Notes: generated by a model from the letters alone, not told the origin. Shown: positions 12,533-26,650, numbered from the whole stretch's first letter. The stretch: 57,233 bases of DNA, filler included, from Bipalium vagum (GCA_037834085.1; 3 parts of 3 records of this genome joined end to end with filler, not necessarily neighbours in it), one strand, 5' to 3'. Program-made: numbers and translations.

Positions 12533-15500
12533 GATAATATATAAAAAATATAATTTATAAATAATCAACATTTCTAAATATAAAAGTTTTACAAGTTTAA
12601 TTTTTAATAAATTATTTATTAATTTTACCATTCTTTTCATTAGATATGAAAATTAAAATATATAAGTGAAGTTTTATTGAATTCTAGAATAAAATAAATT
12701 GCCTCACTAAGAAAAAGAAATGCTTAAATTCACAAAAATTGAATCTCATCTTACAAATTATCTGACGACTTCATTAAAATAATTAATTCAAAGATTCGAA
12801 AATGTCAATTTATAAACACACTAAAAAATTTTCACTTAAAATAAGATAACATTAATAAAAATGATAATATATGTTGAAAATATATTATGTAATATTACTT
12901 TTAAAGAATAATTTCAATATAATTAAAATTTATTGAAATTTTAAAAAATTAAAATAATGAAGTCTAATTCATAAAGTATTACTATATATAATTTCTATAA
13001 ATGAAAAATATTAAACCAAATGTTTTATTAAATTTAATAATAATAATTTTAATAAAATAGTGAAAGAAATTATCTTGAAAGTTAGTCCTCTATTATATTG
13101 TGTAATTTGAGTTTGTTAAAAAATTTTTTACTAAAAACAATAATCTCGTGCATGTTAATATAAATATCCTGAAGTAGAATTTAATGTTCAAAGGAATCTA
13201 TGGAATATATTTTGTGTTAGATTTATAAAACATCAATGATTCAAAAACTGAAATATATTTTTGTAAAATTATGAAAATAATTATTAATAATTCTCTTCAG
13301 TAGAAATTTGACATAGGTATAATTTCAAACTAAACATTTCACTTTAAATGAAAATTTTCATCTGAAATTTTTTTCCTAATCATTGAAAAAAACAATTATT
13401 TTTCTATTAACACCATGACATGATTAAAATAAAATAAAGTTTTACTTCAAAATAAAATTATATTTCAATTGTATAGAAATAAAGTTTTTAGGAAAATCGA
13501 TTGTCACATTTTAGTTATATTTTATCAATTTGTTTTATCTATCAAAGATAACCGACTGAAATTTATTTTGTACATAATGAAAATATTATTTAATTTAATA
13601 ACTGCAAAAATCTAATAAAGATTTCGAAGCTGAATGAATAGCAATTTACTCATTTTGGAAAAAGCCGTAACAATTTTATCAACATTTTCATTCAATTTCA
13701 ACGGAGTCGTCAATAGCTTGTTGGTACTAAGCACAATTGTCAAGTTTCTACATTAGTACTATTAATATTTTTCTGCATTTAAAATTAAAGTATTTTACAA
13801 AAGTTATGTAAATAATTAGGAAAAATCGTTTAATAAGCATGCATTACATTTTACCTAATTTATTTGTTAGATAAAAATCAATAAATTAATTTTATTGAAT
13901 ATTCACTAAAAAATGTGGGAAATTTTAACATTTCAATAGAAAATATATTATTACGGACGTATATTGTTAACTTGACGATGAATTTAATTTCAAATTAAAA
14001 AAATTCACAAAATGACAATTCAGAAAATCAATACAGAGAAAAGGAAAATAGTATAAAAAGAAAGAAAATTTTTCTTTGAATAAAAAAAATATCCATCAAT
14101 TCACATTTTAAATAAAATGAAGAAAATTAAGAGATAAAAAATTCATGTTTAGTTGTGCAATAAAAATTAATTTTGAAATAAGAGGATAACTTAACAAAAA
14201 GTCGATTTATAAAATCAATAAAATACATAATATCAAGATAATACAATAAAACTGAAACGAAGACTTCTATACCTCTCTAGAAATAATAATTGCTGTAGAA
14301 TTAATCTGTTTTAATCAATATTTTAATATTATAAAATATGAAAAATAAGGGCTTTTTAAAGATAACCATTTTTATCCAAGTTAAAATTTTAAGTTTCAAT
14401 AAATTGTAGACAAAATCTAAAATATAAAAGATATAAAATAATTAGTGACACCATTTAATATTAATATTTTAATATATAATTAAATAAAACGAAATGCAAA
14501 TATTTATAAAGCAATTTTAAGATAATATGAATAGAAATTATTCGAATAAGATTAACACAATGAATAAACTATTTCCATTTAAATCAAATTCGTCAAGGAA
14601 AAATTTATAATTAGATCTGACATGATAAGAAAATGACTTGGAGTCGTAAGACAAGATATTTACTTTATTCACAACTGTATCCATTATGAAATATAAAAAG
14701 GCCCTCTTTGGTACCTGAACGTATACAAAGTATACCATTTAATCACTTACTTGAACAATGTTCGTATTGCTTAGAAAAAGAATAGCGGTTTTATGGACAA
14801 ATTGGAACACCTAATTTCTTTCTATTAAGAAACTAAACTCTGACTAGATGTACATCCGGTTAATGATTTTAAAGGTATAAGATGTAGTCCAGCAGGGAAC
14901 TGTGGATCATTTTATAATTGAAAAATCTACAGATATAATCATTATAGATAGAAAAAGTATTAAATTTCCACAAGTGATATTAATTATACCTCAATAATTA
15001 TTAGAGTTAATGTTGTCTTTATTATTTTTAATCATTTGATAAAATGACATTTATTATTCAACCAGTCAATGATGAAAACAAGTCAGCATAGTCATGAAAA
15101 TGGAGCGGTAGATTTCATAATTCACTGTTTCATTATGAAAATTAATTGTAAGCATGCGTCCTGGTATGTGTTAGTCTGTTAAGCGGTGTGCGTCAGTTTA
15201 ATGTAACACAGTTGAAGATGGAGCTGCTGTGTGCATAAATATATCTACATACATTCATAGTTAAGGTATGTTAAAAATGCATGCTTCTGTGTGTATTTGT
15301 GTGGCAGATATTGTCCTGTTAGCAGTAATGTGAAACTTCAAAATATAAAGAAACACACCGAATTGCTATCATGATGAAATGTTCTCGATAGGACAAGAAA
15401 AGCAGAGAAAATTAAAATAATTAGCATAATTTTTTAACTAAAGCAATTCTAATTGCAATAAATATATTCAATGTTATGAAAATTCTGAAAGAAATATATA

Positions 15501-17881
15501 GCCATAAATTTGTTTTTGTTTAGAGTATTAAGATAATTTCAATAAATAATTAATGAAACAACCGTTTTATTATTTATATTAAGAAATTATTTTCGGTCGA
15601 TTCATTTCGAATTAAATTACATCCTGTCGACAATTATATCTATTTCAATATCATTTCGTAATTCAAAGATTAATTTTAATATGATTTTGATAACTTTTAA
15701 TTTCCAAAATTTCTGCAAATGTTACATCTTTTAAACTTTACTACAAATTTGTAAAAAAAATGTATATTAGTCTTAAAATAAATTATAAATGAAATAAAGA
15801 AATATTGTGATTAAATATGACATAAATTTATTAAAATCAAAATACTTAAGTAAAAAATCTATTTACTTACTTTTACTGCTAAAATATAATACAAAGTTAT
15901 TTCTTCAAAACCATATTGCAATTGACTGCATACAATAACCAATTAAATTTATTAAATATTGCGCCATAGAAATTTAAAACATTCAAATTAATTACCAATT
16001 CATATTAATCAGTAATATTTTTAAGTAAAGAATTTCAGTTAAATTTCATAAATTAATTTTTATTTTATAATTTTTTAAAGTTTAATTAATTTATAATATT
16101 ATTAATGTATTAAAGCAAATAAATGTTAAAGTAGTATTTTAAAAGTATTTAAATAGCTACAAATTTGAGAATATTATTAAAAAGATTTTTAGAAATGTCA
16201 TAAAAAACATTAAATTTTATTAATTTTATAAAATAGACCTGAAATATTTTGTTTTAATAATATATAAATTTGTATTATATTTGAAATAAATAAATGTTTT
16301 TCATATGTACCGTATATGTAAATTTTTATTAGTAGATCATATTTTAAAACTAATTTTTGTCATAAGTAATATAATATTCATAATGCAAAAAATTATAGAT
16401 TTACTCAATTTTTGTATCTTAAAATAATTTTAAAAACTTAGTTACCTCTTATTTACAGTTTATTTTTTATTTAGTTATTTATTGTATCCTAATGATTTAA
16501 TCCCCAGTTCTTTTATATATAATAATCAAGGAATATTTTAAGTAGATTTATTCTGCGTATTGATTTTTTATCATTTCAAATTACCCAGTAGAAACATTAA
16601 ATAAATCATACTCAGTCTTCTGTTTACTTTTATTTATACCATTAATGAGGTAAGTATTTCAATGAAAGTATTGTTTATTCCTTAATCAGTGTAAAATAAT
16701 ATATTTAATTTGTCTAATTTTAAATATTTATTTATCTACTATCATGGAAAAGAATTTTCTAAGACTTAATCCTAGCAGAATCTCACTATTGACGATACGA
16801 CTCAACAAATTCTCAATGAATGACAGTAACGTTTTATGTATCAAGTGTATATTTGTTACGCTATTATTTTACTATGAACGTTATCGTAAAATTTAGCTCG
16901 AAAAGTTTACTAGCTCCTTCACTTTTGTCAATACATGTACGTAAATGTATGAATCAAAACAACTATGACCATTTTATTATTACCAAAAAAACAATAACAA
17001 ACGCAATGTCTCAAATAATCAATAAAAATGACTTCAATCACAAAATCAAATGTCTTAATAGTCAATAAAATGTTTTGAATAATTAAGTGTCAATTAAATT
17101 AAAAAGAAAGCAAAATAACAATATTCTCACCAATTGTGACGACTGCAGGTCCAAAGGTGATTTTTTGAGCCAAATCGGTTTGCTTAGAAACCCCCTAACA
17201 GCACAGGACCCGTCGTGAGCTCCTGTCCCATAGAGGGCATAGAAACAATATTACTGTTTAAGGTTTTATATGATATAATGTTTTTTGCAATTATTAAAAA
17301 TAAAAAAACTGAAATAATTGATATTTTGAAATAGAAAACTTTTATTTTCACTAAATGCAAAATTAAAGAAAAAATAGAAGTGAAATACCTATCAGACAAA
17401 AATTTTGGCATAAACTTTAATATTAATAATATATATTATATTAATAATTGTTTCTCTTTTCTATTAGCATCAAATTAAAATATAAGCCAATTTTATTATT
17501 GATTTATTAGTATAACATATTTTATTAAAAATTAGTAAACTATATTTAATGTTTGAAATTCTATTTTTTTCATCGTTATGTAAAAGATAATGAATGATTA
17601 ATGATAAATTTTTTTATCCTAATATTAGCTACAAAGTAGCTTTCAGAGACTACATCTCTATACTTTACATTGTAAATTTCTAGTAAATTGTATTTCGATT
17701 TCCCTACTTCAATAACATTTTAACGTTTTCTCTCTGTTATTTCAGCCATTTTTATATAAAATATTTCTAACTATTAAGAATGTTTAATAATAAAAAAACG
17801 ATAAAAATATTAATTGTAAATGAAAATTAGTAGATATTAAATATTATAAAATGTTTTTCCTGTTACATATTTGTATGTAGT

Positions 17882-17981
17882 NNNNNNNNNNNNNNNNNNN
17901 NNNNNNNNNNNNNNNNNNNNNNNNNTTAATTAATTAANNNNNNNNNNNNNNNNNNNNNNNNNNNNNNNNNNNNNNNNNNNN
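17882..17981. other. Artificial contig spacer (44 N + TTAATTAATTAA + 44 N)
   Basis: Exactly 100 nt with a palindromic six-frame stop linker at 17926-17937; identical to the spacer at 39062-39161. Confidence 0.97.
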
Positions 17982-18094
17982 TTAGCGTCTCTGATTGGAC
18001 AGTTAAGCTGTCAATCATGACGTACCTTCTATATTTAATTATTACTAAAAATAAAATAGATTTCTAAAAATTAAAAATTAAATTATTATAAATT

Positions 18095-18210
18095 CATGCT
18101 ACTGAGTAAAAATCAGTAGTTGTTACTATTTAAAATTTATTTTATCAAAAATTATTATATTTTGATAATTTTTGGGATTACATGCTACTGATTAGAAATC
18201 AGTAGTTGTT
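18095..18210. repeat. Two 30-bp direct repeats, each an internal inverted repeat
   Basis: catgctactgagtaaaaatcagtagttgtt (18095-18124) and catgctactgattagaaatcagtagttgtt (18181-18210); stem ctactga/tcagtag. Confidence 0.75.
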
Positions 18211-20109
18211 CCTAAATAATATTTAAAAATTTTTTTTCCAAATTTATTTAATTAATTTTAAATTAATAATTAATAATTAAAATACATGATTTTAAATTGG
18301 CCAGCGTATTAGCTAAACCTTATTTTTCGCCAAAAGTTTATTTATAAAAATTAAGAGATTGGAGTCGAACCTCAACAAATTTAATAACTTGTTTTGATTT
18401 GCGTTAGTGGATAATTTTTATTAAAACTTTCTGAAGTGTTATTGAATTATTTGTATATTTTGATCAGTTAGATTTGACTTTATTATCGTTTAAATACCCA
18501 GTCGATTAAAAATAATTATAATTCATTTTTCTTTTATTCGAACACGAACGTTAACACAATCTAAACCCTTCTGATTTCAAAAGATATTACGAGCCACGTT
18601 AAGTTTTGATTAAATACTCATTTTTTATCTAACCCAACTAGTTTCAAAACTTAACAGATATATTAAATTTATTATTAGTAAATATGTTAAAAAATTTATA
18701 AACTTAACAGTAAAAAATTATGTATATAAGTACATAATTTTAATAACATTTTGCCCAAGAAAATAATTAAAGATAAACTGACAGGCCAGTATCACGAACT
18801 GATCATGCGTCAAATTATCTATAAAGGACAATTAATTTTTACAAAAACAGACGAGATATTTTCAAGTGGAAATTTTTGGTAAACTGAAATTTATTTATAA
18901 GTTATTGTTGATTATTATTTTATTTATTATAGAATGCATTGTTAAATTAACAAGTATTCTTTTTATCATTTATTGTTTAATAAATAAATAAAATCATATA
19001 TCTAATTGGTAATTCCTGTGAATTACACAATTATTTAATTAAATTCATTTAGGTAAATGTTAAGGTTTAGCCCTGAAATCATCTAATCTTTTTTGTTTCT
19101 TTCTTCAATTACAAAGCAGCTTTTTTGTGTTAGCAGTTCACATACTAATTAGGGTAGTAAATTGCATTTCTTTGCATTCCTTTAATTAATCGTAACCTTG
19201 GGAAATCGTTCTTAAAGATTATTGTTGTAATAGAAAGCACTCTAGTTTTGTAAAAATATAAAAATGATAAGATTGTTATTTAATATCAATAAAATTTTGT
19301 ATATTTGATTTTGATTTGTTTTCTTAGTCGATTAAAAATCAAAGTTTAACCACGCTTAAAACCTTCTACCCGTTAAGTTCTTCATTTGCTCCACTTTTAT
19401 TTAAGAGACTTAACAATTTCAAGACCTCCAATTGATAATTTATCTACAAAAGGTTTATGAAATGTATCTAAATTTATATTTACTCCACTTTCTGCTTTCC
19501 ATTGATTTTATTGAGCCGGATAATAGTACTCATTATTTTATTTAATTATAATAAAATAATAGTTTTATAATATTTTTTATTTATACTAGTTCTGCGTGTT
19601 AGCAAAGTTAATTATCTTTAATTTGATATACATTTTGTTAAAATCGGTTCAGAAGATCTAAAGATATTAATATCGAGAACACAAAACTACATTTTTAAAG
19701 TTTGTGTTAAATTTATATTAAACTTTTAGACCAGAGCTTTAACCAGAACACATACATGGTTATGGAAATAGTGCAAAATTTGCTATCTTTCCAGCTTCAA
19801 AAATATTGATGACATTAAAATAAAATTTATATGATGAGAGAGAATCATGTTCTTCTTAACTTTGAAGTAAAAATACAAAAAAGTTAATGGGAAAAAAAAT
19901 TCATGTTTATGTATATATATACTTAGTAATAATAGTCATTTCGAGATTCGCAAATTTCTTCACGAAAATATTTTTTTATGAAATTTTTTGTTTCTGTGAA
20001 GTTTCTTATTGGTTAATATAACTCGGAAAGAGAATTGTATTTCTAAAGCATTAGAAACTAGTGTTAAAAATTTTTTAAAATTAATTTTCCTCAATACACT
20101 TTTTAAAAA

Positions 20110-20886
20110 AATATTTTTTTGGAATGATGTCATATTTTCCGACGAATGTAGGATGGAACTATTCTACATAAAAAGGGAATACGTCCGCAGACTACAAGGA
20201 TCCAGATATGATCCTAAATACACGAAAACGGTGCGATTTTGAGGAGAGAGTTTGATGGTTTGTAGCACCATCAAAGAAGATTACACTAGAGTTCTCATAA
20301 GATGTCCGGATCACATGAACTTTTTTATCTATATTAAAGAAAAAAATGCTGCAAATATATGAAGCACAAAATATATTTCAGCAATGTCATAAATCAAGAT
20401 TGGTGTCTTCATATTTAGACAAAACAAAAATCTGCGTACTCAGTGATTGGCCGGTTCAGCCACCAGATCTGAGTATAATTGAGCCGTTAAAGAATTAAAA
20501 ATTTTTATGAAAGCATACAAAGAAGAATTCAAGAGGTAATTAGAAATAAGGGTATGAATACATGGTACTAATTTAGAATATCTTAATTTTTCACGAGGTT
20601 GACTGTTTATTAAAATGTGTTTGGCCATTTGAAATGTAAATAAAAGATGTTACACAGATATTTCAATCTTGTATTCAAAATGACTTAATAATTGCCGTTT
20701 TTGAAAAAACCTTTTTTTACATTTACAAATTTTTTACTTTGTAAATATTTGATTGGCTCAGAACATGGATGGCATTATATAAAAAACACTAAAAAATATG
20801 TACAAAACATTGTGTAGTAAGGAAAACCAGTCTTTGGAAAAAGGAAGGATTTTTTATCATTATTATTATTTTTGCGAAAGTCAGTA
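20110..20886 (+). mobile_element. Degenerate Tc1-family transposase remnant
   Basis: WNDVIFSDECRMELF, VRRLQGSRYDPKYTKTVRF*GESLMV and WPVQPPDLSIIE motifs with stops and frameshifts; TIR-like tail near 20860-20886. Confidence 0.8.
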
Positions 20887-22045
20887 AGTGAAAAATAATT
20901 ATAAAAATGTGTCCCCAAAAATGTATTCATAATTTTATTTTAAGATATATATTGTGAGCGACAGAAAGTGGATGGTCCTTTTGCATTTACATTTCAAGTG
21001 CTCAAAAAAGATAGTATAACAAATGTAGAAATTTTAAATACTGAATGAAAGGGCGATAAAAATCTATTTAATATAAACAATATATTTGCATAATATAATG
21101 CATGAACCAGGTTTAATGTCGCAAAATTAAATTATTAATATTTTTAGCTTTTATATTTTATTAATATTAATATTTTATACACACTGACTCAAACAATTGT
21201 TCGGATGTTTACCAATTTTGACTTTATAATTTAATAACTCAGGTTTAGCAGCTCCTATCAACCTAAAATTTTTAAACAATATAAATAATTAGTTCTACTA
21301 AATATAAAAAAATTTAAGACAAAGTGCAACACTGAAATTTTTTATTAAAATTAAAACAATTTCTTGTCATCTTCCTATTGCCATTGTAACGCTTCAAAAA
21401 TTGATTACAAAGATCGCACTTTGTTCATATTGTGCTGATTTCATTTGAACTAATTAAATTTATTTATTTTATTTATTGATTTAATATATTTGAATTAATT
21501 AAAAAAATTATCTACAAATTCAAGTTATTATCAAAGATTATACTGTTTTAATTTGCTACATTAAATCTGATTCATGCTTTATGTACCATTAATCTATTCC
21601 TTTTGCAAGATTATATAAACCGCACTACACATGGGATGGCCGAATAGTACATTGAAAAGAGCACGAGAATAATTTTGAGTCTGATAAAGTCTTCGCCAAA
21701 GTCCAACTAGTGTATTTCTGCCAAAGTATTAAATTCAAGAATTTATAACTTTGAGAAAATATTTGGCTGTTATAAAACCAATTATGAGGTTGAATTTTAT
21801 ACTATCGATTTTTAGATTTAGTTTTATTAATCTCACAAAATGAAAACCAATAGGATTTTTTTCATTTTTTAAATTCTAATTTCTGGATTTAATTTTCTGG
21901 CTGCTTGGATAATAATAAAACTAATAATATTTTAACCACATTTTATAATATACATCTAATAATGACTCCTAGTGGAATCCCATCATCAATGATACTGTTC
22001 ACATAGCCAAATTCACCCGATAATAATAATTGTAATAGTAATAAT

Positions 22046-22245
22046 AAGCCTCGGCGTCGAGACTTCAATGTAAAAATAATTAACTCCGTCGTCGGATTAA
22101 TGTTTCCATTAATATTCCTTAATCTATTTTTGTCTCGGCGTGGAGACAAAGTTATAAATAATGGAATATCATTGGAAATAGCCGTCTCGGGTTGTAGAGA
22201 TTGGTGATAGTAGCCTGTGACTACATAAAGAGACGGCTATTCCCA
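22046..22245 (-). other. Cluster of four related stem-loops (candidate structured RNA/DNA element)
   Basis: Hairpins at 22046-22065, 22080-22100, 22129-22150 and 22173-22245. Three share GTCTC/GAGAC-type stems, and the three short ones have CG-containing loops. Confidence 0.6.
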
Positions 22246-22249
22246 TACA

Positions 22250-22928
22250 GTGCACATTAGAAAATATTCAGAAGGATTTTTTTTTGCAGAATTTGTTGTT
22301 GAAGTTTTGGAAATTTTAAACAAAGAAGGAGACTAACGATTCCACAGAAGATTTTGCCGATGTTTTTGTTTTTTTTTGCGTAGAAGTAGATGGAGATCAC
22401 CAGTATTACCGAAGTTATATACCAATTATACAAGGGAACCCAACGAGCTTGGGAATCCACAGGAGACCTAAATAGAGCATAGTGGACGACCTGGGGACCC
22501 CCTGTTGCTCTGGGTGAGGCTATTGTTAATTTCTCTATTCTATTGTATTCTTATTTTATTTATTCTTGTTTTTGTGTTCATTACTTTTAATATTATTTGA
22601 ACGGCATTTACATTAAACATTATTCTTGATCACAAGTTATTTTAACGTTTATTGTGTTAAATTGATTTTCAGACAGTTGATTAGTTTTGATTTTTACTAG
22701 TAGTATTGATTTGAGTTGGGTGTGGTCTTTGGTGGTTCGTGTGAGTAGTTTTGCATTTGCAAGATTTACAGTGATTTGTTTTGATTCAATTGGAGTGCGA
22801 ATAAAGTATTATCACGGGAGTTTTGATTCAGTTAGGTAGCAGATAATATTTTATTGTGAAGATTTTGATTGAAGTTGAATTTAACCGAATAACGAGCACA
22901 ACATTAGTAAAGTGAGGAGTTACTGACA
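22250..22928. mobile_element. Possible solo LTR-like repeat (boundaries and orientation uncertain)
   Basis: GC-richer, strand-skewed non-coding block with AATAAA (~22800) ending ...ttactgaCA. No TSD or partner LTR found. Confidence 0.25.
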
Positions 22929-23932
22929 AAAGAACTGAGGTTACTTTGTTAAAGTTTAATAGTAAAAAAATTTAAAAAGTTTAAGCTTTGACTACTAAAA
23001 ACTTGAAATATTAGTTAATGTATTTGAAATTTATTCTTGATTTAAAATAATCTAATAAAACAAATTGATTTTCTGAGGAATAAGTAATAAACTAATTAAT
23101 GAAATGTAAATTTAATAAAATCGGCAAGGACTTATTTGGACACAAAATAATTGATCAATCCCATTATGAAGTCGTTTTGTTGTTTATTATCATTATTAAT
23201 AATTACTATTTAATATATTATTATATTCGCATAATATAATTAATTAATATTATTAATGTATTGAAGATCTTCCAAACCTCCTACTAAGATGTCAGATATA
23301 AATATTAAACTAATAATCAACTTAAATTAAAATAAAGTAAGAAGTTTTAAAAAATATTCGAAATCACATTAATGTGTTATTATTTATTTTTGCAAATCTA
23401 ATTTTCATGGGAAAATGCTGCGATTCATTTAAAATATTTTTTATTAATTGAAATGTTCTAATAAGTACTTCTTTTTATTGTGGTGATTTTATTTTCGTTA
23501 TATATTATCAGTGCCTTAAGTCTAACAGGGAATTATTTCTCTCTATTGCAACCATGTAAAGAACTCATATATAACTATTATTTAAGATGTCAACTTTTAT
23601 GGATTTAACAATTAAAGTAACATGTCAATAATTTATGAAATCGTGAAACCATTTTGAAAAATAAGGAGTTACAAAATAATTTTCTAAGCCATGAGATGGT
23701 GAGACTTTTATTTTGAGTTTAAAATAAAGAAATTATTCAATGTCAGTTTTCTTTAGCTCTTTTTTTCCAGATACATCTTTTCAAGACAATAATCAAAAAA
23801 TCTGTAAAACGTCCAACCTTATTTACACACGAGATTGAAATAAAATAATAAAAATACCAATCCGTTGGAGATCGGTTCAATTTCAGCAAACTTAATCAAC
23901 AATTTCTGGGTCGTTGTCTTCATCGTTCTTCT

Positions 23933-24417
23933 TCATTCATACATGACTTCATCATTTAGATCGTTGTTGGCTACTCCTTCGGTTATGTTGTTGTTCGATA
24001 ACGATTCGTTTTTATTATTTTCATTTTCAATACTTTTTCTAGCCTTCAGACCAACTGCTTTCACCAGTTTTATTTTCGATTTGCTGTTCAATTTAGCCTG
24101 AGTATTAATCTTAGATTCATTTAATGATGATGATAAGCTAGGGACTTTTGATGATCGATTCAACTGTTTTCGCTCTAAAGAATTATAAGAGTGGACTGAA
24201 CTTATACTTGAAGGGATTTGTGATTTCGACAGAGTCGACGAAGTTTTCATCATTTCCATTATAGATTCGTTTGAGGCTGTATTTAAAGAATTTGTCATTA
24301 TATTTTTGTTCGTTGGAGGATTTTTCATCTTGCTTGGCAAAGACGATTTTTTGAGATAGGTCGGTTGTAGGTCATGGTTAATTTGGATTGGTTTTGAGAT
24401 TTTAGTTGTTTTTACAT
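23933..24417 (-). CDS. Probable terminal exon of the Ser/Lys/Asn-rich SxIP-motif protein
   Basis: Acceptor tttttcaatag at 24418 (phase 1). Open frame xVKTTKISKPIQINHDLQPTYLKKSSLPSKMKNPP...SKSQIPSS...RSSKVPS...NDEVMYE*. Confidence 0.65.
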
Positions 24418-25954
24418 CTATTGAAAAATAATCTTATTTAAAAAATAATTATAAATAAATTATAAAAATTATCATCAGAATTTATTTTTCAATAAATAAT
24501 ATTTTCATTTCGTACTTTTTAATTTATATATCACACTGTTGATTGTAAAGAAAATGGAAAACAATGAAAATAAAAATTTCTTTAGTAATGAGCAACTTTC
24601 ATCATGTCGAAGAACATGCTGTGAATAATTTGTAATTGAATCATTACTAAGCAAAAAATTGAAACCAGAAATTAATTCACAAAATAAAGAATGCAGAAAT
24701 CAATGAATGATTGATGTTTTTCTTAATCAATATCTTGAAATTAAAAAAAATATTTGAGTTTTAAAAATATTGATGTAAAATTTATTTACTTTTATCCAAT
24801 AACAATGAAGAAAAAATATTAAAATTTATTAAATTAATTGTTGTTTATTATTAAATATCATTTTAGTTAATAACTTTAGATACAATTTTCTTCAAGTTTA
24901 GTAAAACAAAATATTTTAGGAAAGTAAAATAACGATATGCACCATAAAGCCAATGGGTCTTCAATTGGTCAACTTGTTCTATGTTATTAAAACCACGAGA
25001 ATTTAGAAATTCAGTTAATATTACAAAGAAAACGATTTCATCTGTGATCAAGTGTGATCTAATGGAACGCAAGATGTATAAAAGTATTTTTCACATTATT
25101 ACTAGGCTAATTTTTATAGTACTGTATGTGATTTATGTCATTACATGGTCAGCAATTAAAAACATAAAGATTACAGTTTCAGGAATTTATCTTTATATTA
25201 TTTTCTAGAACTCTAAAATTATGAATTCTTAGTGATAAAAATCTGTCATTCGTTAAAAACTATGAGAATGACGGTCAGATCCTCCAAAAAAGAGACGGAA
25301 GTTCTTCAATGAATACAATTAGCTGATCTGTTGCTGAACAACAAGAAAAAACTTACAAAACATGTCGGTTTTTAAACGAAAGAAAAAAATCGTTTCCTAA
25401 ATACAATTTTTTCTTTGATTCATTTTCATTGATCAATTTACAAAACTCTCATTTGTATTTGGCATGACCCAACCACTCGTTGTCAGTTTGATTCTGAACT
25501 GTTGAAACAGACACAAAATTACCGGAGGCTCCTGGAATATTTACGAACAACCACCACCAGACAAATAATGGACACTAATGTGAACAACGACAGTCGCTTC
25601 AACTTTCCTCATTATCGGGACATTAAACATGCCACTCATATGTCATGAGACCAAACAGATTTATCACTGACCAGAAGAAACTAATTCCATAATTTATTTT
25701 GCAAATCTTGTTTTTTAGCAATTATGACCAATTAAACAAGAGACAAATATTGAAAAAGTACATAAACCGATCAGAAAGTGTGATCGATTAAATGCATAAA
25801 TCATTATTAAGCTTCATATTTTATACAATAATTAGGTCAGCTTTGGTAATCATTTTAAGCTCGAATCTGCTGAAAGTAGCAGACATACATTTTTAATGTA
25901 AAATGAGCTTAAATAAATTCTATAATTAATCTCTCTGATCAATTTATGTTTATA

Positions 25955-26650
25955 CATTGTCGTGCAAAAGTTCTTGAGCACTGAGTATAATAATGGTTTA
26001 TTAATAAAATCGAATCAAAACTTTGAAGTAAGTGAAAAATAAACTATGGAAACAGTGAAATACGTAAATACACCTTCCACATTCATTAAATCAATAGACA
26101 ATAATGATAACACGGAGAGATTATTACGAAGAATTCTAAACAAAATAATCAAATTTGTTTTTCATCGAATAACCCGCCTTTTGCTTTCAAAACTACTTTA
26201 ACGATTCTGGAAATTCTGTTGATAAGATTCTGAATTTTGGATGATTCTAAACTAATCCATTTATATTCCAATATGCTCCAAAGGTGTTCCTGAGAAGACG
26301 GGAATTTTTTTCTGATCAGATGATCCAATTCATCCCAGAGTAACTCTATCGGATTCAATCAGGAGACTGTGGTAGCCAATTCATGATTATGATCCTTCCA
26401 TCTTCCTGTTTTTTGTTTAGATAACTCTGACAAAGCTTACCAGTATGCTTAGGATCATTATCTTGTTGCAGAACAAATCTACGTCCAATAAGTTTCTTTC
26501 CTGCAGGAACTGCCTAGTGAACAAGTATGCTGTGATACTGCTTTTGTTCAAGAATACCTTTGAAGTAAAATCCACTCCAAACCATTACCGCATCTCATCT
26601 GTGTTAAAACTTAGGAGTTATGCAATTCGGCAGCATATTCTCGATTTCCT
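25955..26650 (-). mobile_element. Tc1 (DD34E-type) remnant with one TIR
   Basis: TA + cattgtcgtgcaaaagt terminus. Translation gives LQQDNDPKHTGKLC...WLPQSP/LNPIELLWDELD...LKAKGG. Confidence 0.85.

Noticed and set aside
17926-17937. TTAATTAATTAA palindrome as a biological site
   Set aside because: It is centred in symmetric N runs twice, so it is an assembly linker.
18095-18210. CRISPR-like palindromic repeats
   Set aside because: Only two units, eukaryotic context and no cas genes.
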